From the NCBI RefSeq assembly GCF_006345805.1, contig NC_043012.1:24118001-24182000 (forward strand): a stretch of DNA of 64,000 bases, in the 5' to 3' direction. A program made the position numbers and the translations under genes. The notes under the pieces were generated by a model that saw only the letters and a program-made list of their open reading frames with translations, was not told where the DNA came from and made no database searches. Shown here in pieces: positions 12,090-23,520 of this stretch. Numbering within the stretch: position 1 is the stretch's first letter; every line of letters begins with the position of its first letter. Source of the DNA: Octopus sinensis (Eukaryota).

Positions 12090-12482
12090 TTCCGAGTTTA
12101 AGTTTTGGATTCATCTGAACACTACCATCGAATTATGTTTACTTTAGCATTCACGAGCTCAAAATCTCTCGTGGAGGCATCATCCAACCAAAGTACAAAT
12201 ATATGGGGAACTACCACCTGTATCATCTCTTGTGAAAGGTAGGAGAGTCCAGTTTGCTGGACATTGTTGTAGAGCTGAAAATGAGGCAATTTCTACTCTT
12301 CTCCTCCGGAAGCCATCTACTCGCGATACCAGAGGGTGCACACTCTCCTACCCTGATGTAATCTCCAGGGATACAGGCATCCAGCAACAGGACCTCCATA
12401 ATGCTATGATGGACCGTGAAGTCTGGCGTAACATAGTAAATTCCTTTGTCTCAACCACGGTCGAACAATGATGATGATGATT
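12090..12482 (+). mobile_element. RTE/RTEX-like LINE 3' end
   Basis: KGRRVQFAGHCCRAENEAISTLLLRKPS...RG...SYPDVISRDTG...LHNAMMDREVWRNIV then stop and (TGA)n tail. Confidence 0.8.
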
Positions 12483-13060
12483 AGCATTCTACAACATGTT
12501 CTTTGTACCTGCTTGACATTGCAAGATAAAGGCAAAGGAGTGCCATCATCAAGTAAGCAATGGCATTCATTTTCCATTTTCCATGCAAACACCTCCTGTT
12601 ATGGAAAAAAACATTCCCTTGCTTGGAAAACAAGTGATGGTCAGTAATAAGAGCACCAAACTGTAGAAAATCTGCCTCCATGAATTATGCCTGACCCAAG
12701 CAAGTGTGGAAAAGCAGATGTTAATAGTCAATGACAACAATAATATCTAGCTTGTGGAATGTATTTCTGCTGAAGAACACTCTGAAAATATTTTCAGCTA
12801 CATTTCTTAAGACTGTCATCCTTTTTTGGCAGAGGCTATTTGTCAAGCTAAAGGGGTGGCACCATTCAGTTTATCAAACAAACAGGATACTCATTGTTGT
12901 ATTAACCGGATCAAATGTTATATAATCCAGCGTTAAAACAAAAGCCAAGATTTAGTTTTTTCATCTGCTTAGGTAAACATAATGACCTGAATAATAATAA
13001 TAATAATAATATCGAAAAAATACCTTAGGAATGAGAACCCAGATTCAAAATTTCCCCAAG

Positions 13061-13104
13061 ACACCTGATGAAGGCTGGAGGGTATATCAGCTGAAACGTT
13101 GTGT
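13061..13104 (+). ncRNA. Type I hammerhead ribozyme motif (family H2) in a Penelope-like fragment (~12990-13160)
   Basis: ACAC-CTGATGA-A-GGCTG(GAGGGTATAT)CAGCT-GAAAC-GTT|GTGT: stem I ACAC/GTGT, 5-bp stem II with one G-U, AACGTT palindrome. Confidence 0.6.
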
Positions 13105-13616
13105 AAACAACAAACAAGATGAGGACAAATATCCGTCAAATGTAAATAACGTAAATAATGTACATAATTCCTCATCTCTTAAATAACAGAATATAATGAT
13201 GCTTGACAGCTTTGAAAATTCCTTTCCAATTATTGGTATATTTTACTCAATAGACACACCCAACTACATCCTGGAATAGGAGAAAAGGGAAATAATATGT
13301 GATATAATATCATGGAAGATGGACATTAAATGATGACAAATTAATTAGCAGTGGCAGACAAAGTTTGAAAAGGACCCAGAATTCTGCCCATGAAAGTTTA
13401 CAAATGAAATATATACAAGCACACAGACACAGATACAGACAGACAAATAGATAGAGAACTGGTGTGGCTCTGAAGGAAGAAGTCTGCATCCAAACCACAT
13501 GATTTTAGGTTCAGCCCCACTGTGCGGCACCTTAGCAAAATATCTCCTATTACAGACTTGAGCTGACCAAAGCCTTGTGAGTTGATTTGGAGGATCGAAA
13601 CTGAAAGAAGCTCATT

Positions 13617-13676
<60 letters not shown>

Positions 13677-14122
13677 TTTAAAGTGGATATTAAAATGATG
13701 ATAGTGTATGTAAGAATAGACATATACACACTTATATCTATGTGTGTGTGTGTGTGTGTGCCTGTGTGTATGTGTGTGTGCCTGTGAGTGTGTGTGTTTG
13801 TGTGTGATCCAACTTGTTGGTCACAGATTATGTTCACTTATGTAGCAGAAATTTTGCAGAGAGAAGCACATTCTTCAAGGTGAAGGTCACGAGTAACTCT
13901 TTGCTATACAAACATCAACAACAGGAGCAACAACATCACTTGAAAACAAACATAAACAGCAAATGTTAAAATATTGGCAAAAATACAATTCTATATTGCA
14001 GTTGCTTGCAAACATTTGCCAATTTATACAATCAGTAGCAGCAGCAGGATAAGTAATCTACGACTAGACTGAAAATATATACACACACACACACATATGT
14101 GCATGCATGTATGCACACACAC

Positions 14123-14174
<52 letters not shown>

Positions 14175-14859
14175 AGAAAATTATGCTGTATGGCACCCCT
14201 TCACTACCACCTTTCCTTCTCGGCTACTTCCATCCACCCTTATATAACACGGGGTAGCAAGACACTTGTGCTTGTCGCTATCACATTTTAACCACTCAAC
14301 ACCCAATATAAAACCACCCCTCCTCTCAAACACTTGGTCGGGACTTAGGGGTGCGGTGGGGTGGGGACTCTTCTGTAGTCTTTTCTAACTTTGCAATTTA
14401 TTTGGGGAAACACAAGTTCTGGTGGCATGAGAAAAGCACCACAGTAAAAAGGTCGGCATTAGGAAGGGCATCCATTCACAGACACCATGGATGCATGCAG
14501 GAATTTGACACAGCCCTACAGCTCAACAGATCCTGTCGAACCGTCCAACCCATACCAGCAAGGAAAACATGTTAAACAACAAAGATGATGATGATACATA
14601 TTTCTGTTCAGGTGTTCGTTAGTTCATTCATTTTCCTTCCCATCAGATTATTCCTAGCAAGAATCAGATACATGAATATATATTATTAAGTCATTGCTTT
14701 AGAGTGGGATACTCTTGATGTCACTCACCCTTACCTGTTTTTTTTAATAAGCAAATTTTTCATTCTACTCATCTTTGAGAGGATGAAACCTAACATATAA
14801 CTTGTTGATTAGGAATATCAAACAAAACAAAACAAAACAAAACAAAAAACAAAAAGAAA

Positions 14860-15230
14860 ATCAAGAACACCATCCGAGTGTGATCATTGCCAGAGCAGCC
14901 AACTGGCTTCCGTACCCGTGGCACGTAAAAGGGCACCATTCAAGCGTGATCGTTACCAACATCTCTTCACTGGCACCTGTGTCAGTGGCATGTGTAAAAA
15001 GATTCGAGCGAGGTCATTGCCAGCACCGCCTGACTGGCCCCCGTGCAGGTAGCACGTAAAAAGCACCCACTACCATCTCGGAGTGGTTGGCATTAGGAAG
15101 GGCATCCAGCTGTAGAAACTCTGCTAGATCAAGACTGGAGCCTGGTGCAGCCATCTGGTTGCCAGCCCTCAGTCAAAACCGTCCAACCCATGCTAGCATC
15201 GAAAACGGATGTTAAACGATGATGATGATA
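14860..15230 (+). mobile_element. RTE-type 3' tail element (family C)
   Basis: GCACGTAAAA repeats, GGTTGGCATTAGGAAGGGCATCCAGCTGTAGAAAC, ...GTTAAACGATGATGATGAT tail. Confidence 0.8.
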
Positions 15231-16303
15231 AAAATATTTCTACCTCAGTTGCCTTTTCAAACTAAGTGCAAAATATAAACCGTCACACACAGACACACAT
15301 ATACACACACACATAAACATGACAGGGTTCTGTACAGTTTCTGTCAGCCAGAGAGAGAACCGATGCCATGAGGTGTGTATCTGTGTGTGTACACACATGC
15401 CAACACATACATGATGGCATCAAATTGATTTTAAGCAACGTCCTCATGTGATTGTTTTCTTTAAGTAGCACAGATGTGGGTTTTTTTATCCCTCCTATTT
15501 GGGACCTATACTCTTTTGCATAGATGTGGCAATGATGGGCACCTCTTGCAGTAGGTGATCAGAAAGTTTACAATTCATGCTGACACCTGCACTCATTTCA
15601 TCATGGAATTTTTCATCAAGTGTTTTGCCTTTTGCATCTAATATGCAATCATAATAAAAATCAAGTGATGATTGGGGCCTAAGCATTCTAAAGTGAGGAA
15701 AGGCTTTGCTCAGGGCAAATCCCATTATTTGAGCAACAAATGTCCCCTACTCTCTCCCCAACCCCACAGAAAATAAATATAAATGAATGCAAATGAAAGT
15801 TACAGTTGTTACACTAGGTGTTTTCATTTTTGTAGAGAGATGTCTAAACAAAGACTATGGGTCTCTCATACCCAGCTGCAGAATAGCCATTGACTCTATC
15901 GAGTATATCAATTCTTCAGCAGGTTTTGCTTTTCATCCTGCAGAGAGTCCAACAAAAATCACACTCTCTACCAAACAGAATTTGTGGCACTGACATTTTA
16001 GTCACTGATGGCCAAACCATGCAACAGGTAATACTGGGTTACATGTTACCACTAGCCCTAAGAGTGACCCAACATAAATACAAACATACAATACATGTAG
16101 GAACAGGCACTGAACTGGCTGTGTGGTCAAGAGGTTTGCTTTGTGAAAAATGTAGTTTCAGGGTGGGTAAGTGTCTGCTTTGAAAAGCCTTTCATTGATC
16201 AATGCGTTAGGAAATTGGGAGAGGAAAGCTGTGCAAAGACTCATCTGAATACTTAATGTTGAAACGTACAGAGATACAATTACTATAAGTTGTGCCTGGG
16301 TGA

Positions 16304-16342
<39 letters not shown>

Positions 16343-17099
16343 TATATATATACATATATATATGTCATTCCAGGGAGAAAAACTACAAGTAGTTAATAGC
16401 TTCTGTTACTTAGGGGACCAAGTCAGTAGCAGGGGTGGATGCTCTGAAAGTATAGCTGCTAGAATAAGAATAACTTGGACAAAGTTCAGAGAGCTCCTAC
16501 CTCTGCTGGTTTGCAACAACACACTTTAGAATTCAGTTGATGCATCGTGTGACACTCTGGACAATGCTTTAGCAGAGAGCCAACCAATACCTTGTGTCTT
16601 GGGTGGCTGGCAACTATGTGAATGCCACTCGTGTGTGTGTGTGTGTGTGTGTGACATTTGTCTCCACTCTCCCCACCATCACAACCACCAGCAAATCTTG
16701 ACAACTGGTATTGATTTGCTTAGATTCCCATAACTTAGCAGTTTAGCAAACATGATCAATAGAACAAGTACTATTTGACTAAATTCATACAACACAGAGC
16801 CCCAGCATGGCCAAGGTCCAATGACTAAAACAGGACATATGTATCAATATCATAGCTATTTTTTCTTTTATTTTTCACTTGTTTCAGTCAGTAGATCATA
16901 ACCATGCTGGAGCACTGTCTAGAAATATTTAATGAAATAAATTAGCTTCAGGAATTATTTTGAAACCTGGTACCTATTCCACAAGTCTTTCTGCCAAACC
17001 ATTAAGACACAGGAATGTAAACAAATCACTAAGCGACAATTTCTGGTGGGGCACAAAAACAAAGACACACACTCAGATATATATATATATATATATATA

Positions 17100-17435
17100 C
17101 AAAATGGGACAAGAACGCAAAACATTCAAATAGACGATACAAAAACCACAGACGGGTCATTCGAAGCCTCAAATCTTCAGTCAAGAACCGGATATTCGTG
17201 TAACATCGTCCATTTTTCTATCCTTGTTTCATATACATTCGATCCTTTTTCCAAGAAATCTAATGCTCGTAGCTTAGTTTTTCCTTGGGGTTGGCCAGAT
17301 TGGAGCAATCTCAAGATTAATCAGCCAAAATTGCAAGGACGATCCGGTTCTTGACTGAAGATTAGAGGCTTCAAATGACCCGTCCGTATTTTTTGTATCG
17401 TCTATTTGAATGTTTTGCGTTCTTGTCCCATTTTG
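17100..17435. mobile_element. Foldback/MITE-like element with ~93-bp inverted arms, flanked by TA
   Basis: CAAAATGGGACAAGAACGCAAAACATTCAAATAGACGATACAAAA...TCAAGAACCGGA (17100-17192) is the reverse complement, with a few mismatches, of 17343-17435. Confidence 0.8.
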
Positions 17436-17519
17436 TATTTTTATATATATACATATATATATAGCAGCATACGTACACCTTGTTTTATATATATATATAT
17501 ATATTATTATTATCTTTAA

Positions 17520-17870
17520 AAAATTTTATCTAGTTTCAGCTCACGAGCTGTGGCCATGCTGGGGCACTGCCATTCGGTGTTGCTACATGATTTTACTTCA
17601 CGAATGCTTTTTAGCAACTGACATTTGGTGTATGAGAGAGTTTGATGCAGCTGCCCTCCTCCTGCCGTGAAGTTGGTTCATGTGGGACACCTGACAAGAA
17701 GAGATCCAGTTTTATTGTAAAAACATCTGCATCCACCCCATGCAGGTCTCTCAGGTCCTTCGGGAGGATATTGAAGAGCTGTGGACCTCTGAAGCCCAGG
17801 CTATCACAGTATCTTGTCCTACATCTTGATGGCAAATTTGGAGTCCTTGGCATTATACAGTGGCGCCCAG

Positions 17871-17872
<2 letters not shown>
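17520..17872 (-). mobile_element. CR1/L2-type LINE 3' fragment (same family as 25870-27160)
   Basis: TGRHCIMPRTPNLPSRCRTRYCDSLGFRGPQLFNILPKDLRDLHGVDADVFTIKLDLFLSGVPHEP, same as the 3' part of the longer copy. Confidence 0.85.
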
Positions 17873-17917
<45 letters not shown>

Positions 17918-18330
17918 AACAGGCTTCTACACAGTTTCCATCTACCGAATCAATTCACAAGAATTTGATCAGTCTGAGGTTATAGTAAAAGAGACTTGCC
18001 CAAGTTGCCATGCAGTAGGATGAACTCAAGACCTCATGGTTGCAATGCAAGCTTCTGAACCACAAGACCACAGCCGGGCCTCACTATACATATATATGTT
18101 GAAAATGCATTCATAAATATTCTGCAAGTAGATTTCCAAAATTTTAAACATCACATTTTGAATTCATTTAAATACAGAGGCTTTTTTCCTGTTCTATTCA
18201 TCTTAGACTTTTTTTTCTGGCCTTCATATATATATATATATATATATTATATATTCAGCTTGTGTAGGTGTGTGTGTGTGTGTGCCTCTAAATATGTGTG
18301 TGTGCTTCTATATATGTGTGTATGTATGCA

Positions 18331-18369
<39 letters not shown>

Positions 18370-18642
18370 ATAATTTTCCATCCAGTTTATCACACTTACA
18401 TGGGTTGGACAAGTTTTCTTTAGCACATAATCTCTCCATGAATATATATATATATCCATGTGCATGTAAACATATACACATACATATACATGTGTGTATA
18501 TATTACACACGCATACACATGTATGCATGCATACGTAAATATAAACATACGTACATACACACACACACACATAATACCCATGCACACTTATGTACACACA
18601 CAAATACACATATATATACATGTATGTATGTGTGTGTGTGTA

Positions 18643-18685
<43 letters not shown>

Positions 18686-18750
18686 AAGATTGTATTTGCA
18701 TATATATATATAATATATAGATATATATATGTATGCAAATACAAGCTTAA

Positions 18751-18797
<47 letters not shown>

Positions 18798-19133
18798 TAC
18801 ATATATATATATATACACATATATATATACTCACAGACACACATGAATATACATATGCATATATACATATAAATATTTGTAAAATTTATTTTTTACATTA
18901 TTCACTTCTGTTCTTTTCTCTCCTCCCACCCCTTCCCCCTCCTTTATTTTCCTACCTCAATGTAGAATGTTTGGCGTTCTGAAAATTGAATAGTTGAGTA
19001 GACGAGATTTACTTGTAGAACGGGAGATAGATACAGAAAAACCGAGAGACATACAGACAGACTAAGAGACAGACAGAGAGTTAGGAACTGTGGATATAGA
19101 TTATAATTAGCCAAAGGGTTTCTCTTATCTTAC

Positions 19134-19205
19134 CAACCTCTTGTACCGATTATTTAGACCAAAGCAGCAAGAAATTTCATAAATATTCATAATGGCTATA
19201 AACAT
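19134..19205 (-). CDS. Candidate internal exon (MFIAIMNIYEISCCFGLNNRYKRL), gene unidentified
   Basis: Acceptor tttctccatattttccattag, donor TTG|GTAAGA, 72 nt, only frame 0 open, non-repetitive sequence. Confidence 0.4.
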
Positions 19206-19540
19206 CTAATGGAAAATATGGAGAAATTTTAAGCATTCTTAACAGAGCTGTTCATTTTTACAGGTTCTGTATAGCTGTCTGCATAAACTCACATATATCC
19301 AATTTATACACACACACACATACATATATATATAGAGAGAGAGAGAAAAAGAAAGAGTGAGAGAGACATATACACACATATATATATATATATACACACA
19401 CAAACACAAATATATTCAGATATATATCCACTACATTACACACACATACACAAATATATTCAGATATATAATATATATATAATATATATTATATACACAT
19501 ACATGTACACACACACATACATAAATATATATATATACAT

Positions 19541-19607
<67 letters not shown>

Positions 19608-20761
19608 CATAGATATAGATATATATATAGATATATATATATATATCACACACAATATATACATGAAATAATATACATATTTACATACAAGTAATACGAA
19701 CAGAAACTCCCACATCCACCAAGCAATTCTGCAATTTACAAAAAAAAAAAAGTACATATGTATGTATGTATGTATGTGAAAATAAACTTAACTGAATGCG
19801 AGAGTATATGTATGGGATTGTATTCATGTCTGTGCGTTGATGTTTTTACATCGGTATATGCAGTCACATGAGGAAAAGAACACAAGCACATGATATATAT
19901 ATATATATATATATACATATATAGATATATGTGTGTATGTGATTGTATAACAACTGTATTCCATAAGAGCACAAGAGCAGCAGGGCTCCCTAAAACTATT
20001 TGGCAAAGGACCAATGACAAGGAAAGAAGACAAGAAGAGTGGAGAATCTGAAATGAGACCAGAAGTGTGGCAGAAAACAGATCTGATTGGAGAGAACTAA
20101 TTCCATAAGAATATGGAATGGTTTGCTAAGATTTGATGGGTCCAAGAATTGCAGTGGACTTCAGTGTCTACATTCACATGGTTTCTACGGTTGGATGCCT
20201 TTCCTAACACCAACCACCTTACAGTGTGCACTGAATGGTTTCTTTTTCTTTTCCTGTGTTACCATGCAACCTGCAATACTGAAGACCCCAAGAGAGGCAG
20301 CTTTATGCTAAGAGACAAAGGGTTTAAAGCCAAGAGAAAGGGGCCACAGCAGAACAGGTTTCTGGCAGTTGAGGAGGAGTTGCTACACCTTTTCTCTTTG
20401 GTTTCAATTATTAGACTATGGCCATGCTGGGGCACCACCTCGAAAAATTTTCTAAGTCGAAGAGATCAACCCCAAGACTTACATTTGAAGCCTGGTACTT
20501 ATATCAATCTCCTTTGCTGAACTGCTAAGTTTTGGAAATGTAAACACACCAACATCAGTTGCCAAGGAGTGATAGGAGGACAAAGACACACACACACACA
20601 CGATTGGTTTCTTCGAGTTTCCAATCTACCAAATCCACTCACAAGACTCTGGTTGGCCTGAGAGTACAGAAGGAGACGAATATCCCATGTCCTGAACATG
20701 GAAGCATGAGGTTGGGAACCAAACTTCCTGCCATACAGCCACGAGGTGCAATGATGGTTGA

Positions 20762-21290
20762 TTAGGGAAGAGATAAAATTACAGGAGGTATGGGGGGGGA
20801 TGGAAGTGGTATAAATGGAAGCAGGAGTTTGTACAGGAGAGAGCGAGATATAGGGAGTAGGTGGTGGTGAATATAGTGAATGAAGACTAAAGTGTTGAGA
20901 GGTGGATGTAATGAATCAATGAGGAGTGGGAGAATCCAATGATATATGAGCAGCAGAAAAGTAATATTGATTCTGTAGAGAGGAGAAGGATGGGAATAAA
21001 AGAGATTATGTGTGTGGGAGGAGAGGTAAACATAGAATGCATGGAGGGTGAGAGACGTGTAGTTGTGGAGAAGGAGAGAGAATTTGATGAGAGAAGGGGT
21101 AGGAATGATCAATGTAAAATATGGGTGGAGAGGACAGTATAAGATTGAAGGATGTATATCATGTAAAATGGTTCTAATTGGGGAGTAAGATTAGCTCTAC
21201 CAAGAAAAAGTTGTAGTTAGAGAGATGATGAGTGGGGGTGGGAGTGTCTTGAAGAGGAAATTGGATGGAGGGCACATGTATACAAACATA
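20762..21290 (-). other. Strand-biased low-complexity segment (GA-rich on +), probably a decayed repeat
   Basis: L/H/P/S/I-rich 116-aa ORF on minus with no recognisable domain; a compositionally similar stretch occurs at ~32040-32340. Confidence 0.3.
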
Positions 21291-21384
21291 CAATGTTTCC
21301 AGTCTGTTTCACCATTCTGAGTAAGTATTCTTAAGAAGCACAAACCTGTGCTTCTACCTTAAGTAATCAGCAATTCCTTATACC

Positions 21385-21720
21385 GCTGTCCAAGAGGGTG
21401 CGTGTAGCTTAGTGATTAGGGTACTCAGCTCACAATTGTAAGGTCATGAGTTCAACTGCTGGCAACGTATTGTGTCCTTGAGCAAGACTCATTACTTCTT
21501 GTTCAAGTCCACTTAGCTGGCAGCAATGAGTTGTACCTGTAATTCACAAGGGGTCAGCCTTGTCAGCTTCTGTGTCATGCTGAATCTCCCTGAGAACTGC
21601 ATTAAGGGTTTGTGTGTCTGTGGAGTGCTCAGCCACTTGTACGTTGATTTCATGACCAGACTATTCTGTTGATTGGATCAACTGGGAAACTCTTCATTAT
21701 AAGCAATGAAGTGCCAGTTT
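21385..21720 (+). mobile_element. SINE sharing the 3' module of family B but with a different head and centre
   Basis: Head TAGCTTAGTGATTAGG...GAGTTCAACT, TTGTGTCCTTGAGCAAGAC block, then CAGCCTTGTCA...GAATCTCCCTGAGAACT...GTCTGTGGAGTGCTCAGCCACTT as in 5515-5700. Confidence 0.7.
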
Positions 21721-22740
21721 TAATACAGCGGTCCTCATCCATATGCATCACATGTCTGTACCAGCACAGTTTTCATTCTTGCCCATTACCTCTGAATCCT
21801 TTAAGACCTAGTTTTTCTCTCAAAACATTATGTCAGTCAAGAATTTTTACACTGCACATCCAATGCAGCATGCTCAATTCATCTCTTTCCAATCTTCTCA
21901 AGTCCTCTGCATTCGAGCCCGAAGTCTCACTGCCCTGCAGCATCACAGGTCTAACACAAGCATCATACAATCTTCCCTTCACTCTAAGACCTTTGTAGCC
22001 AGCAACAGTAATAGTTCCCTGAACTTTCTGCAATCCATTCTTATCCTGGTGGTTATACTTTCAGAGCAAACCCCTCATAGGTAAAATATTAAAATACATC
22101 AGCTACTTCTAGTGGGCTTTCCAAGCATTTAAGAGAAACTGTTTGTGGTGTAATCATAGTACAAACTACTCCAGAGCATCTATCACATATGAATCTTACA
22201 TCCTCTGTTAGTCTGCTTGGGATTCTACAACACTTCTTGGGTATCCATAGTTTACAATCAGCACAGCATATGAAGTTTATATCTACTCCTTTTTTCCTAA
22301 GGATATCAGGGTCCTGTCTTCTGTTCTATCGACTAAAACCTTCACCTTTCCTAAGTTTAGCTTAAGATCTCTCAGTATTAGATTTAACTTCCAAACCTAG
22401 AATTTCCTCTCTAATTGCTCAACAGATTCAGCTACAAGAACTAGATCAGCATAAAGGAGATCACATGAATAACCAGTGTTAACCTTCTCTGTGATGAACC
22501 GTAAGACTATGATGAATAACAGAGAACTGAACTTTGATGGACTCCTAGCCGCATGCTAGACTCATCAATGAAATCCTTGTTGACTCTCACTTTACTTATG
22601 GCATCTTTGTATGCGGTTTGTACGGTCATCACAAACCATACATCTACACCCAGTTTCCTTAGTGACCACCAAATTGGTGCATGTGGCACTCTGTCAAATG
22701 CCTTCTCCAAGTCTTCAGTGAAAACATCTTCAGCCAAGAT
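21720..22740 (-). pseudogene. Decayed RTE-clade LINE reverse transcriptase region
   Basis: DLEKAFDRVPHAPIWWSLRKLGV..., LGVHQSSVL, ...LYADLVLVAES-like block, KGRLYDACVRPVMLQGSET...LRRLERDELSMLHWMC; multiple stops and frameshifts. Confidence 0.85.
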
Positions 22741-23108
22741 GAAATATTACCCTACATGGAAACAGGTGAGACTTGGTGGCAGGTAGAGCATCTGGCCAGA
22801 GAAAATTTGCCTCAAACAATTCCATTTGACACATGAAAGTATGGAAAAGTTGAAGTTAAAACTCAACAATGCCGATGATGATGTATATATATATATCTTT
22901 TAGCATTTACTTGTTGCAGTCATTAGACTGTGGCCATGCTGGGGCACTACCTTGCAGAATTTTAGTTCAATGAATCAATGCCAGAACATTTTTTTTTTTT
23001 TACAGCTGGAACTTATTCTATAGGTCTCATTTATTGAAGTGCTAAGTTACAGGGACATGAACACAAGTTGTCAAGCAGTGGTGAGAGGAGGCACACATAC
23101 AAAGACAT

Positions 23109-23145
<37 letters not shown>

Positions 23146-23162
23146 AGTATATATATATATAT

Positions 23163-23520
23163 ATGGATGGATGAGGAGAGATATGTGAAGAAGTGCCACT
23201 CCCAAACAGTTGAAAGTATCCGGGGTAGAGGTAGACCCAGGAAGATATGGGATGAGGTAGTCAAGCATGACCTTCAAACGTTGGGCCTCACAGAGGAAAT
23301 GATGAAAGGCCGAGATCTCTGGAGATATGCTGTGACTGTAAAGACCCGACAAATAATGTGAGTTCATGGCTGCTTCCTGCACCAGTTTCGCATAGCCTCA
23401 GCCCATCCAAAGTACCTTGGATTGCAGAACGACCTGCTGTGCTTACCTTGGATCGTAGGGTGACCTGCTGTACTTGAGGAGACCTATTGAGTCAAGTACA
23501 TCAACATAAATATCAAATGG
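23163..23520 (+). mobile_element. RTE-clade LINE 3' end plus 3' UTR
   Basis: WMDEERYVKKCHSQTVESIRGRGRPRKIWDEVVKHDLQTLGLTEEMMKGRDLWRYAV; inserted in the microsatellite of a split SINE A. Confidence 0.85.

Noticed and set aside
12765-12810. CTGAAGA-ACACTCT-GAAAATATTTTCAG as a minimal hammerhead
   Set aside because: Stem II is only 1 bp and stem I only 3 bp; no repeat context seen, so compatible with chance.
15835-16027. Plus-strand exon-like segment (ttttgtag ... CAG|GTAATA)
   Set aside because: All three frames contain stops between the sites; the region more resembles an old non-autonomous element.
17343-17390. Hammerhead in the foldback arms (CTGAAGA...CAAA/CGAA...GTC)
   Set aside because: GAAA is not intact in either arm and there is no stem I complementarity.
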